Assembly (NCBI GenBank): GCA_964106645.2
Contig: OZ067043.1
Strand: one strand, 5' to 3'
DNA: 64,000 nucleotides
From: Podarcis pityusensis
Lineage: Eukaryota
Below, piece by piece: positions 25,496-37,799 of this stretch; within the stretch, counting starts at the first letter, position 1; the number at the start of each line of letters is the position of its first letter. The translations under genes and the position numbers were made by a program. Below the pieces are notes generated by a model, which saw nothing but the letters and a program-made list of their open reading frames with translations, was not told the DNA's origin and made no database searches.

Positions 25496-25574
25496 TTATG
25501 CAGAAGGCATGGCGGGAGAGGAACCCTCAGGCCCGAATAAAAGCAGCATATCAAGCTTTAGAATTAAATAATGA
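25496..25574 (+). CDS. ST7L: ST7L exon 6, VMQKAWRERNPQARIKAAYQALELNND
   Basis: 79 nt, CAG/GTAAGT; IKAAYQALELN is ST7L-type. Confidence 0.96.
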
Positions 25575-25665
25575 GTAAGTTTGATAACAAGTCTCACCCT
25601 AATTTTATGAACTAAAATTAAAGCTATACAGCATTGTTAAGTAATTTCTTAGGGCCTATTCAAAT

Positions 25666-26190
25666 TGTTGTAGACTTAGGATAAACATAGAAATTAATAA
25701 ATTCTAGGATTGTGATTATTTGGGGGTGGAAGATCTAAGCTGCAAAAGAATTTCTGACTGGCTGGGGGGAAGAGCAGACCTGTTAGCATTAGAAAAAAGG
25801 TGCTGATGGGACATAGAAGGATCCTTTGGCCTGGGGAGCCAGATGTTACAAAGCTTGCCGGGGTAACTGTGTGTTTGAGGGGACAGGAAAAGGGAGGTTT
25901 GAAGCAAGGGTTTCTGGGTAGAAGAAGAAGGAAGTAAGGCTGAGATCCATCTTGGCGGGGGAGAAGGAAAGGTTGCCTGCAATGGTTTGGGCCAAGCTGT
26001 AAGATCTGGAATTCCTCCATGCAAACTGAATGTGTAAATAGGCGAATAAACCCTATTTCTCAAAGCATGACAGTCTCCGATGTTTCTTCTGTTCTCCAAA
26101 GGGACCCAGACCCTGTGTGTGTGCATGTGGCCCCATGCGCTTGTGCCAATGCTTGGTGAAAATAGGGGCGAGCACTGGGTTTTTGTAACA
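25666..26190 (+). mobile_element. Probable solo LTR
   Basis: TGTT...AACA termini, 4-bp flanks AAAT/ATAT, purine-rich body, AATAAA near 26045 followed by a U5-like segment. Confidence 0.55.
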
Positions 26191-27529
26191 ATATGATTGA
26201 CATGTTCAAGTGATGTGATCTTTGGTGGGCTGTAACACTATCCCATATTAAGTTTTTAACCCTTGACATATAAAGCTAACATGTAAGACGTTTTTGTAAT
26301 TGTTGGACATTGAGATGTTACAATTTTCCCAACCTACAGTCTGAAGTGGATACTTCACACAAGTTTGAATTGATGCCGAACCATAGAAATGAAGTAAAGA
26401 ATCTTATCTTTTTCAGTGCAACTGAACTAAGGGTCCATTTTAATAGGACTCAAAATTCTTATGTTTGGCTCAGTTGTGTCCAAAATTAGCATGCGCCTTT
26501 TAGAAAATGAGATCTTCAAGTAGCAGGGGTATTTTTCAACTCAAAATAAACACAATTGTTATAAAAATCTTCATAGTTAAGTCATTTTTAAAAATGTTCT
26601 GGGAATTCTCTCTTTTTCTTTTTCTTTTCCTAACATTTTCCCTTCTGTATCTCACACAATGTTCCACTTAAGAGAGAGAAAGCAGAGCAAAAGTTTCCAT
26701 ACCTTTTTAAACAATACACCACTTTGCAAATCTATTTTGTACATTTGACTATCCAAGTGCACTTTTATATGTGGGGGCTGGTATTTTTATATGACTCATC
26801 ATGGATATCTGAAACACTGCTTTATAGAAATTCAGAATATTTGAGCACAGTTGTTGTTTATGAAACTACCAGTATTTCCATTTTAAGCCCCTGCTCCCCC
26901 AGTTTATTAATTTCAAGGTCAAAAGTAATGGGTGGGATGCACCTAACACTCCCCGTCAGCAGAAGCCCTTCACAAGGACATCCACTTGTGCAATGGAGCT
27001 TTCCCTCCTTCTACTTTGCTCACGTGCCCCTCAAAATGAACTTGGGGTTGGGACAATCCCAAGAACAATGTGGGGGGGGGGACATCATTCCATGTGGCAA
27101 GCTGTAATGCTCACACAGATGAGTAGTTCATAATAACACACCATTAAATTCCACCCAATATTTTGAGCTTCTACATAGAATGAACTGCAGTCCTTTTTTA
27201 AAAAACTTCATTTTTGTAGTTTAACAGATATTGAAAGTTACCTTTTACTTAGTGCATTTTGTAGTCATCTTGATCGTAAAATAGCCACCCTCAATGAAAA
27301 TTAGTAGTCCCCCTCCTGCCTGGGGTCAATGTCACAGAGCCTGTTTTCCTTTTAATGTGTACCGAAACATTTTACATGTATTGTTTGGATGAAAATAGTT
27401 TTGTTCCACATCTTTGATTGGAGTTTATTTGTAAGTATGTTCAGCTACTGTACTGTATACATTGTTAATCTTTTCACTGTGTCAACATACATCTTTTGAA
27501 TACCTGGTTTCATTTTTTCTCTTTCTCAG

Positions 27530-27684
27530 TTGTGCCACAGCATATGTTCTTTTGGCCGAGGAAGAAGCAACTACTATTGTGGATGCTGAGAAATATTTTA
27601 AGCAGGCTCTGAAAGCAGGAGAAACCATTTATAGAAAGTCTCAGCACTGCAGTTCCCAGAGTCCACAGCATGAAGCACAGTTTA
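27530..27684 (+). CDS. ST7L: ST7L exon 7, CATAYVLLAEEEATTIVDAEKYFKQALKAGETIYRKSQ...HEAQF
   Basis: 155 nt, CAG/GTAAGT. Confidence 0.96.
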
Positions 27685-28777
27685 GTAAGTATCCTTTCAC
27701 AAATCATTCAAAATGGTCAATAGTGCTGTGCTTGGTCATGCTCGAATCTACAGAAGCACTAGAAAAGTTTAATGCTGAAGGATTAAAATCCACATGAACA
27801 CAAAAATTAAAAGTACACATAATAAGTACAGGCAGCAGTTGTACAAGCTGCATTTTAATTTCAGAAAGTGCTGAATGTTTTGCACTGCAATTCTATATGT
27901 GTCAAAACAGAAGTAAGCTGAACTGAATACAATGGGACTCACTTTCAGTTACGTGTGTAAAGGATAAGGCTTTAGCCTTATTTTAAAATATTATGAGAAT
28001 ATTTTAAAATATGCTGGTCACAGAAGGGGAGTTGCACTCTAAGAAAGAGGTCATTCTATTCACAGAGCAGCAACACGATACAGTTCTATATTAACTACAT
28101 TGCAGTTAGCAGGGCTGTGGGAAATAATGTTTTACCTTTGGTATTTTACCTTTGGTGGGTTCATCCCTCTACCAACAGCTCATCCTTTTTGCTTTTTCTA
28201 GCAAGTCTCTGTCAATAGCTCAAGGTTACAATATCATTCTCTCTCTTTGTATTTCTCTCTCTCTTGCTGCCTTGTGCCATGGAATGTGGTGTCTTAATTT
28301 TGAGGCCACAAACAAGTTGTCAAACTTCAGTTTTTTATTACAATGGAACAGCAAATATGTGCTGAAGCTATGAATATGTTGTTTGGATGAAAGGGTGTTA
28401 GAGGGTTTCTTGTCCCACATCCTTGGATGTGGTGGCTTGAGGAAATAGTTGGATTCCTTGTGCTTCATATTAAGTCAGTGTTTGGCACATCACATTGTCT
28501 GTGCCCCTCCCTTTCTATTTTCTCAGGATATAATGTTCCCTCCATTTTGCAGACTCAGATGGATAAATGTTGATTGACTCCTGTGTTTTTTTTTTTTAAA
28601 AAGTCACTTTGTGATTTTATGGGTGTGTTCTGTGGTTTAACTCTCAACCTTCTCAATATATTTGTGGACAGGGAGAGCAGGATGGATCTACAACATATGC
28701 AGAAATGAATGCCTGGTTTAGAAAATGTGTGATAAGTTAGTTTTTATGTATTTGATGTAGCCTCTCTTTTTCCCTAG

Positions 28778-28875
28778 GAAGAGACACCAATGTACTGGTT
28801 TATGTGAAAAGAAGACTAGCTATGTGTGCAAGGAAGCTTGGAAGAATTAAAGAAGCAGTAAAAATGATGAGAGAT
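28778..28875 (+). CDS. ST7L: ST7L exon 8, [33 protein letters not shown]
   Basis: 98 nt, TAG/GTAAGT. Confidence 0.97.
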
Positions 28876-28919
28876 GTAAGTTATCCAGACTTCAATCCTA
28901 TACCCACTTACCTGGGAGG

Positions 28920-29115
28920 ACATAAGAAGAACTTGCTGGATCAGGCCAATGGCCCAACTAGTCCAGTAACTTCTTCTCACAGTAGCCAGCCAGATGCCTC
29001 TGGGAAACTGGCAGGCAGGATTTGAGCACAAGAGCATTCTCTCATCCTGTAGTTTCCAGTAGGTAGTATTCAGAATCTGCATTGCTGCTTCCAGTTGTAG
29101 CTCATCATGGCTAGT
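28920..29115 (-). mobile_element. CR1-type LINE 3'UTR fragment
   Basis: ACATAAGAAGAACTTGCTGGATCAGGCCAATGGCCCA..TAGTCCAG, a typical squamate CR1 end; 45 nt after the ST7L exon 8 donor. Confidence 0.7.
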
Positions 29116-29660
29116 GGCTGAATTTAAGTCAACAGCACTTACTTCTGAGTAGACGTGTATAGCAGTGATGAGGAACATCCAGCCTGAGAGGCTATTTTCC
29201 CAGTGTCATGCCATCTGCCCCCCCCCCCCCGCGATATCGTATATGATGTCAGGTCCAGAGCAGGAATGATCAGGAGTCTTAAAAGGGGTGCTGATTGTTC
29301 CATGACTTGTTTTCAGTGCCTGTTAAATTTGGCAGCAGATGGAAGTCCCACTGGGATTGGTTCCACTTGGAAGCTACTGAATGGATCTGAACCCTTTCCA
29401 AAGTGAGGTTTGAAATCAGTGCTCTTTGGCTGTTTCGGTCAACTGAGCAATTCCGTTGCAGAATGGCTTGAGTTCAATCTGTGCTGCAAAGGAAAAATGG
29501 GTCAGTTTCACTTTGTATAGGAAAAGCAGCACCTATGATTTCAAGATATGAGTGGAATGTACAATCCTTTGTGTTTGGTTCTGCTAACCATGAGTTTGCT
29601 ACCAAGTCTGTTGACCTAGACTGTAAACTTAGGTACATTTACTTGGAGGTAGATCTCATT

Positions 29661-30005
29661 TGGGACGTGGGTGGCGCTGTGGTCTAAAACCACTGAGCTT
29701 CTTGGGCTTGCCGACTGGAAGGTCAGCAGTTTGAATCCCTGTGACGGGGTGAGCTCCCATTTCTTGGTCCCAGCTCCTGCCAACCTAGCAGTTCAAAAGC
29801 ACATCAAAGTGCAAGTAGATAAATAGGTACAGCTCTGGCGGGAAGGTAAATGGTGTTTCCATGCGCTGCTCTGGCCACATGACCCGGAAAAACTGTCTGC
29901 GGACAAACTCTGGCTCCCTCAGCCTGTAAAGCGAGATGAGCGCCACAACCCCAGAGTCGTCTGTGACTGGACTTAACTGTCAGGGGTCCTTTACCTTTAC
30001 CTTTT
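29661..30005 (+). mobile_element. Sauria SINE, full length
   Basis: Same family; perfect 11-bp TSD TAGATCTCATT at 29650-29660 and 30006-30016. Confidence 0.93.
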
Positions 30006-30168
30006 TAGATCTCATTGAGTTCATTGGGTTAATGTGCGTAATTCATTTTATTCTTAAAATCAAATTTAATGCATTTTTACTTAGTGGAGTAAACATGCAT
30101 AAAACTTGGCTGCAAGATAGAAACTTGCGTAGCCTAATTTATTCTCTCCTCCTGGCTCCTATTTACAG

Positions 30169-30283
30169 TTAATGAAAGAGTTTCCTCTCCTAAGTGTATT
30201 GAATATACATGAAAACCTCCTAGAATCACTTCTGGAACTACAGGCTTATGCTGATGTCCAGGCAGTTCTAGCAAAGTATGATG
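30169..30283 (+). CDS. ST7L: ST7L exon 9, [38 protein letters not shown]
   Basis: 115 nt, CAG/GTAAGA. Confidence 0.97.
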
Positions 30284-30802
30284 GTAAGAATATATAAATG
30301 TCATTGTGTGTTAGATGCAAGTTGCAGTGTGTGCTTGAATAATATTTTCATAAATAACTAGGCCCCTTCCCTCTTGGGGTCCAAGGCCTTCCATGATTAG
30401 CAGACATTTTTCAAATAACTCAGCAGAGTAGATAGGTGGTGCCTGAAAATCAACACAGACATCTGTTCACCTTGATTTGTCTCTTATCTTGGACCTTGGG
30501 CAGTTGATATAAATTGGATGAAATTATTTTATTTGTTCAACTTTTAAATTGTGCTTTATCCAATCAAAATCCCAGGGTTGTTTGCAAAATACTAATTGTT
30601 TTTAAGTTATTGTGTTGTTTGGATTTTATTATGCTAGTTAGGTTGTAATCCAGCTGGTGAAAGGCTCTCTCTCTATCTATCTATAATTCATTTAAAAAAC
30701 AGTAACGCTTCCCCCAAAATTTAAAGAAGATATCATTTAAGCAGGACATATAGGAATGACAGTTCTATCCCACTTATTTTTTTCTAGTGGCTCTTTTCAC
30801 TC

Positions 30803-31117
30803 CAGAGAGCCTAGGGCTTGCTGATCAGAAGGTTAGTGGTTCGAATCCTCCCGTTGCTCGGTCCCTGCTCCTGCCAACCTCGCAGTTCGAAAGCATGTCA
30901 AAGTGCAAGTAGATAAATAGGTACCGCTCTGGCGGGAAGGTAAATGGCGTTTCCATGCACTGCTCTGTTTCTCCAGAAGCAGCTTAGTCATGCTGGCCAC
31001 ATGACCTGGAAGCTGTACGCCGGCTTCCTCGACCAATAAAGCAAGATGAGCGCCTCAACCCCAGAGTCATCCGCGACTGGACCTAATGGTCAGGGGTCCC
31101 TTTACCTTTACCTTTTT
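30803..31117 (+). mobile_element. Sauria SINE, 5'-truncated
   Basis: Starts at AGAGCCTAGGGCTTG, small internal deletion, TTTACCTTTACC tail. Confidence 0.9.
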
Positions 31118-32426
31118 ATGTTAACTTTCTACATTATAATTGAATAATGTATCCTGTCACTAGTATGTTATATTGATGTTTATATATAGATCAGTTAGCA
31201 GAAGAGACTAACTACTTCTGTATGTTCTCAGAGTTACACCGCTTTTTTCGTGGTGCATCTCTACAAATGATTTCAGGTCAAAAAACTATAATGCACTTCA
31301 AATTCAGTGCCAGATTTACCACATTTTCTGTGAGAGGTGCTCCAAAGGAGTTTTTCCTAACAGTTCTTCCTCTAGGACTGCATAGTGCTTAGTTGCTTTT
31401 CAGCATACCATGGAACACATACATAAAATGTAAGAAGAGTTTCATGTAAACTCTGAACAGTGATATTAAAACTAATTATCATGTTTCTGATGAAGTTAAG
31501 GGTGGGAACACAGTTCAGTGGGTGTCAGATTCACTCCTTGTCCCCTCCAGCAATGGGTGTTCAAGATTCAAGATGCTGAAAAGCTGCTGTTATTCAGATG
31601 CAATGCTGGAGCTAGATGGAGCCATTGCTTTAACTCAGAATATACTGCAGATTCTTACAATTGATAGCTAAGTATTTTTTTAAAAGTTAAAAAGTAAATA
31701 GTGGCTAAAACTGCCCATTAACATGGAATTGGGGGGGGGGTGGATTTGAAGGTGGCTGGAGGCATTTTAAAATGTGTTAATAGATTGCTTTAACCTGGTT
31801 TTATGACATTAGTGATGTTGAAGACTTGCCAGAAACAATACATGATTCTGAACATTGCTGTGTGGCAACCAGCCCAAAATTTTGATCCTCTCATTTGGGA
31901 AAAGGAGGAAGAGAAGTAGTAGCTAGGAAGAGTAACTTCGTGGGAAGTTGTGGTGATGACAGTAAGGAAAGAGGTGATTAGGAGAAAAGAGGAAGGAATG
32001 GGACCTAGGGTTGAGATTGTACAGGAAAGAAAGATGAGTGACAGAGAATATATGGAACAGAAGAGGTTATTCCACATTCTGTTGCTGTGGGCACATGGGT
32101 GTTGGGGGCATATGTTTTTATGAGCCACATCAATGGCAATGGGCCTTTAGTCATCTTGGAATTCTCAGAAATAAGAAGCTACAGACAATTTGGAGCCATG
32201 ATCCAAAGCAGCAGACATTTGACACATGTACAAAAGAGTAAGATGCATAGCCGTGTCTTTCTCTATAGTTTCCTCCCCTGAGCTCTCACACAAAGCAAGT
32301 AAACTTAGTCTGAAACATTGCCTTTTCCTTTGTGGTAGCTTTAAAGTACCTCCCTCTTCGTGAAGGGTGTGGTTTTGAAATGTTTCTCACTTTAGAATGT
32401 AAATACAACAATTTATTGTTTCATAG

Positions 32427-32499
32427 ACATCAGCCTTCCAAAATCAGCAGCGATATGTTACACAGCAGCACTCTTAAAGGCCAGAGCAGTTTCAGATAG
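32427..32499 (+). CDS. ST7L: ST7L exon 10, DISLPKSAAICYTAALLKARAVSDR
   Basis: 73 nt, TAG/GTAAGT. Confidence 0.97.
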
Positions 32500-32738
32500 G
32501 TAAGTGAAATATTTCAGATTCAGATGTAAAGTGATAAGCTCTTCACTCTTCTTGCAAGCAAATAATTTTGCATCTGGTAACTGCAAGTAGTGCTTTTGCT
32601 TTGTTGGATTAAGCTCTGGCCCAGCTAATTTGAGCTTTTACTTAAAAAAAATTATTTTCAATCAGCTCATCTTAAAAAAGCTAGATTATCCTTTGCCTCA
32701 GTTTGAGTAACTTGACAAACTTTTGAATGTTGCTGCAG

Positions 32739-32841
32739 ATTCTCTCCAGAAACAGCCTCTAGAAGAGGACTTAGTACAGCAGAGATTAATGCTGTAGAGG
32801 CAATTCACAGAGCAGTTGAATTTAATCCTCATGTTCCAAAG
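32739..32841 (+). CDS. ST7L: ST7L exon 11, [34 protein letters not shown]
   Basis: 103 nt, CAG/GTAAGT. Confidence 0.97.
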
Positions 32842-33641
32842 GTAAGTGTTTGTCCGCGTGCATGCATACACACACACACACAAAGCAAAAGGCAAGCCAA
32901 CTAAAACAGGTGATTATTTTAAGAACTTCTCTACATACACCATATTGAGTGTAGAACTACACAGTATGACCAGCATTCTGTCTTATGAGGCAGATATAGC
33001 AGGCACTTGGGTAAAATCACTTTTAAACAAATGGGCTCTGAAACAAGGGGTAAACTCAGTTGGGAGAATAGTGGTCTCTGGAGTGGGAGTGTCTTCATGG
33101 AGGCACTTCCTGCACTGATTTCCACCCCCATCTCCAGCATTCACATTTTCTCGGGCACACATAGGTTTGAGAGCATACATTTGCTAAAATATCATAAGAC
33201 AGAAGTACAGGGTTGTTGTTTTTAGCTCTTCAGAGTTCTGTCACACATTGACACCATGTTTTTCTGCAACACCTAACAATTCATAATTGTTAATCTCAAA
33301 TGCTTGCAGCCCAAAAGCATTTTTGCATGACAGAGTTTCAGAGAGATTAGTGTCCTTATAATTGGTTTCATGCTGAGAGATTACATAGTTTGTATGTTTG
33401 TTGGCAAATTTGTTGTTCCTGGTGCTACTATTTGATTGTTATCTTCAAATAGGAACAGTGCATTTTCCATTCATTGGTGGTTCTGGTGCTATCAAATGCT
33501 CTCTCCATTGCCTGTTTTTGTTTTAAGATAGGCACTCAAGCCTGCCACAACATCCTCCCTCTCTCCTATGTGTCTCCTAACTAGAGCCATCCCATTTGGA
33601 TTATTTGTTTATATTTGATGAAAGCAGACTATTTCCTAATC

Positions 33642-33777
33642 CAGGCATAGGCAAACTCGGCCCTCCAGATGTTTTGAGACTACAGTTCCCATCACCCCTG
33701 ACCACTGGTCCTGTTAGCTAGGGATGATGGGAGTTGTAGTCCCAAAACATCTGGAGGGCTGAGTTTGCCTATGCCTG
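33642..33777. mobile_element. Palindromic hAT MITE
   Basis: Long TIRs CAGGCATAGGCAAACTC / GAGTTTGCCTATGCCTG; TSD TCCTAATC/CCCTAATC. Older relatives at about 34937-35073, 37509-37630 and 49755-49876. Confidence 0.92.
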
Positions 33778-36204
33778 CCCTAATCCTTCCTTCACCATTC
33801 AATGAATTCTTTACTTTAGCTATCACTGAGAAGGACTCTGTTTTTTATTGGTCTCTCACAGCACTTCTGAGGTCCTTGGCCTCACTCAGATGTGCTGACG
33901 CACTTCTTGACTTGCGTGTTCAGATCCCAGCTGTTCTTGTTGGTTTTCTGAAATCACAGTTGCTGGTAAAGTTCTGCAAATGCTGTTAATACTGGTAGGA
34001 GGATCCTAATCAGTCTGCCTTGAAGTGAATCATGGAGCCCTTGGGGATGGTAGGGTTAGGAAGAACACACGGGGAGGGTGTAATGTCACAAGACTGGCAG
34101 GGAGAGTGGGGGAATCAGAGAAGGGGGTAACAGAAGAGGGAGCAGTTGTATTGCACTGCTGGCAAAGAGATAAACAATGGTGTGTAAAGTGGTGTGTGTG
34201 TTTCTGTAGAGTTGTCTTGAGTTAAGGATGTGTGGCTGAGCTAGGTGTATGTACAAGAAAGAGCGAGTGTGGGGTAGCTATGCCTGATTTGGTTTTGACC
34301 ATGCTGGTATGTGGTCCTCAGAGGGTGGATCAAGAGGCAGTATGGCCCTCAGATTGAAAATAAAGTTCACCACCTCTGATCTAGGGAGACTAGGAATCTC
34401 ATGTTTTCCTCTAGCCCTTTTTAAAAAGGATTTTATGGTTCTGAGCTCACTGTCTTTCTAGATCAGTGTCTTTTCACCCCCCTGCTATTATTTATTTTCA
34501 ATTTTATTTGTTTTAAAGATGTATGGAAATTGTTATCTGATGTAATTGTTCTGTTTGTAAAACCACTTTGTGTTCCATTTTGAAAGGTACCATAAATCTA
34601 AATAGAAATATATAAACCATTTCAGCTTCTGTAATACCAAGCATTCACCTCTGTGTTTCTGCTGGCTGCTTTTGAGCTCCTCAGTTGATAAATAGGTTGG
34701 CTGATCAAGGCAGTCCTTAGGATCTCCTGCTAAACAGACTCTACCTGCTTCCCCAGCCATAATTTTCCATACAGAGGGAGATAATATATGTTAACCTCCA
34801 TAGGGTGGGCACTTGTTTAACTTAATGAAACTTTCAAAGACCATGAAATAGTATGCTGTCCTAGAGCATGATTTTGTTTTCTGATTGGTAGAAGCATGTT
34901 GACTGAATTTCCAACCTAATATAATTTCCCCTTAAGTAGGGTAGTGAATGTGGTGCCCTCCATATGTTGTTGGACTACAACTCTCATCATTCCAGACAAT
35001 TGACCATGCCGGCTGGGGCTGATGGGAGTTGTAGTTCAAAAACATCTAAGAAGCACCAGGTTGGCTACCCATGTCCTAAGATAAGAGACAATGTTTGAGC
35101 TTGTTTAAACATAACTAAGAAAAAGCAATGAGTTGGTGCCGCTTGTTGTCAAGGCATGATTTAATATGAGCTCAAAGGGTCATTTAAGGTCCCTGTTTAG
35201 ATATGGATTCCAGAAAAATAGAACACAGTGGACCCCTCTGTTTATTCTTGAATTCACACAGCCCGTACAAATGTATTAATATATAGCCCTATTACTTTGA
35301 TTTCCAAGTAAACATCGTGCAAGTTGACACTATATAGATTAGTAAAAATAAGAAGAAAATTGGGGGAAATGTGGGATAAACAGGACCACTAATACTCCCA
35401 GGGATTGTAAGCCTCCTTAGGGAGATTCACCTACCACTTTGAGAACCATGGGAACAGAACAACTATCCAGGAAATAATGATCGTATCAGCATTTTTGGGG
35501 GACAATTTCATCTGTAGACAGTCAGAACTATAGCATATTGTACTAGAACTAAGTTAAAAATAACTCCTCTAGGGAAGAACTTGTTTTTTGCATGCTTTTA
35601 TTTGTTTTTTTTCCAAAGAGTCAATTGTTAATGGACCACTTTCTTTGTCTAATAGGAAGTGAAAGCTTTTTCTAAATGGCTGAAATTTAGGATTTTGTCC
35701 AGTTGAAAACTAGATGTATCAGATAAGTGAGACAATAAGAAACAGATGGGTTCTCAGAAAGATATTTGAGTAAGTGTTTTAGTTCCATCCTTTTGTTTGT
35801 GACTATGGCTAGCTCTAAATGAACCTGTAAACCATTCTACATACAGTGGGTTTGATCCTTATCCATTTGAATATAGTGCTTTCCCATGCAGGAATACCCA
35901 TAGGATAAGTATGGTTTCTGCTTTGAAGAAAGATGTTCTCCTTTAACGGGGACCATTTTTTCTTGGAAGCAGGGCCTATTGGGGCTTGAAACTGTTCCTA
36001 TGGAAGGCATTTCTTTTGTGCAAACTAATTGGAGGAGACTGGAAGGATATCTTACTGCTCCTCCAGAGACCTTGTTTTCATCCCTGAACCTTGCTCCTCA
36101 CACTTCTCTGGAGATCCACCATCCTGTCAAAAGTGGCCCACAAAGGGGTGGCCACTTTAGAATCTGGCCTGCTGAGCCAAAGTTGTTCTTACCCCTGAAC
36201 TACA

Positions 36205-36565
36205 GCATCTCTTGACAGATGGTTGACCAGCTTCTGACCAGATGCCTCCAGTGAAGCTAGTGCCTACCAGCTGCTCAGACAGCCTATTCCACTGTCAAAT
36301 AGCTCGTAACAGTTAGGAAGTTTCTTCTAACGTTTAGCTGAAATTGGTTTCCCAGCAGTTTCCAGACTTTTATTACGTCTGACTTCTAGTATGCAGATCT
36401 TTCAACTGCTCTTCATAGAGCTTGGTTTCCAGACCACCTCACCATGCTGGCTGGACATTCACCAGTCCTTTTTAAATGTGGCACCCAGAACTGAACCCAC
36501 TACTCCAGATGTGGCCTGACTAGCAAAGAGTGGAACTATTTTCCCATGTGGTCTGGACTCTGTAT
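36205..36565 (-). mobile_element. CR1 LINE fragment
   Basis: TTCCACTGTCAAATAGCTC..ACAGTTAGGAAGTTT and GCACCCAGAACTGAACCCACTACTCCAGATGTGG (minus strand: ..EY.VQFW.P). Confidence 0.72.
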
Positions 36566-37799
36566 AGTGCAGTTGCAGCACACACACATTTTACTTAAGC
36601 AAATTCAATTATGCACTCTTGGCTTTTGAGGAAGCAGCAGCCTTCCCAACCGTGGTTGCATCAGAGGTGGCAGCTCCAAAATGAGTGAAATGAGTGGAGA
36701 AGCTGTAGAGGCAGATGGAAGAATAAGAAGAAATGTTGAGCTGCTGGCTGGACAGAGAGAGGCTGACAGAGCTGCAGGCAAAACAAACCCCCCAAATTGG
36801 AATTGAGCCACATTTCTGCCTGCCTCTCTCCCTGTCTGCTTTTCTCTCCCTTTTCGCATCTGAAGGAACCAAGCTTCCCCCCACTTTTCTTGCAGCCTAG
36901 GGAGCCAGTGCAGGAAGGTCCTCTGCGCAGGATTTCCCCCACTTCCAGCAGGCAGCTTTTGTCTATATGCAATTTTGTGTATGTGCTGTGTAGAACGTAG
37001 TGCTCACATGAGTGCTCTGGAACGTAGTGCTCACATGAGTTGCAATCTTACTGTACTGTTAATGAAATGTAAGACTGTCTTACCTCTTTGAGCAGTTGCA
37101 TGCACTACCAGCTCACTACCAGCTCATTTTACTGTAAACTTGGCAGGATAATTGTAAATCCTGACAGCAAAATTGAACCTCATAAACTGAAAAAGAGCTT
37201 TTTGTCATGCCTTTCTGAGCTTCCATAAGTGCCTCTTCATGCAACATTGAGGATTGATTTTTGCCCTTAGTCTTTCTGCAGACAATATACATGACCTTTA
37301 TGAACATATTCTTTTGCAGAACATGTGGCTTACTGGGCACATTGGTGCTGATCAGTGTTTAGGGATTATGTTTTTAATTTGTTCTGCTGGCAAAATATAA
37401 ACTTTAATATAATATTGTACAAATGCTTCACTGTTCTAGATAATGCAATTTGTGTATTTCAATTAAACTGTTCGTTATAACAAATTTTAAGTGTTCTCAA
37501 TATCTGAGACTGGGATGACCAACATGGTCCCCTCCATATATTGTACTCCACCTCCCATCACTCACAGCCAATATGACCGGTGGTTAGCGATGATGAGAGT
37601 TCTAGTTCACAGCATCTGGAGGTCGCCACATAAATATTATCTCTTAGCTATGTTGTCTAATATTTCTAATATTAGAAACTTACAGTGATTATGTTTAATT
37701 TGCTTGTGTAGCTACAGAAGTGCCAGGTAAAAGAGTGACTTAAAAAGAAAATTAAAACATCCATGAGGTTAATTTGGATAACCTGAAACATAAATGTTT

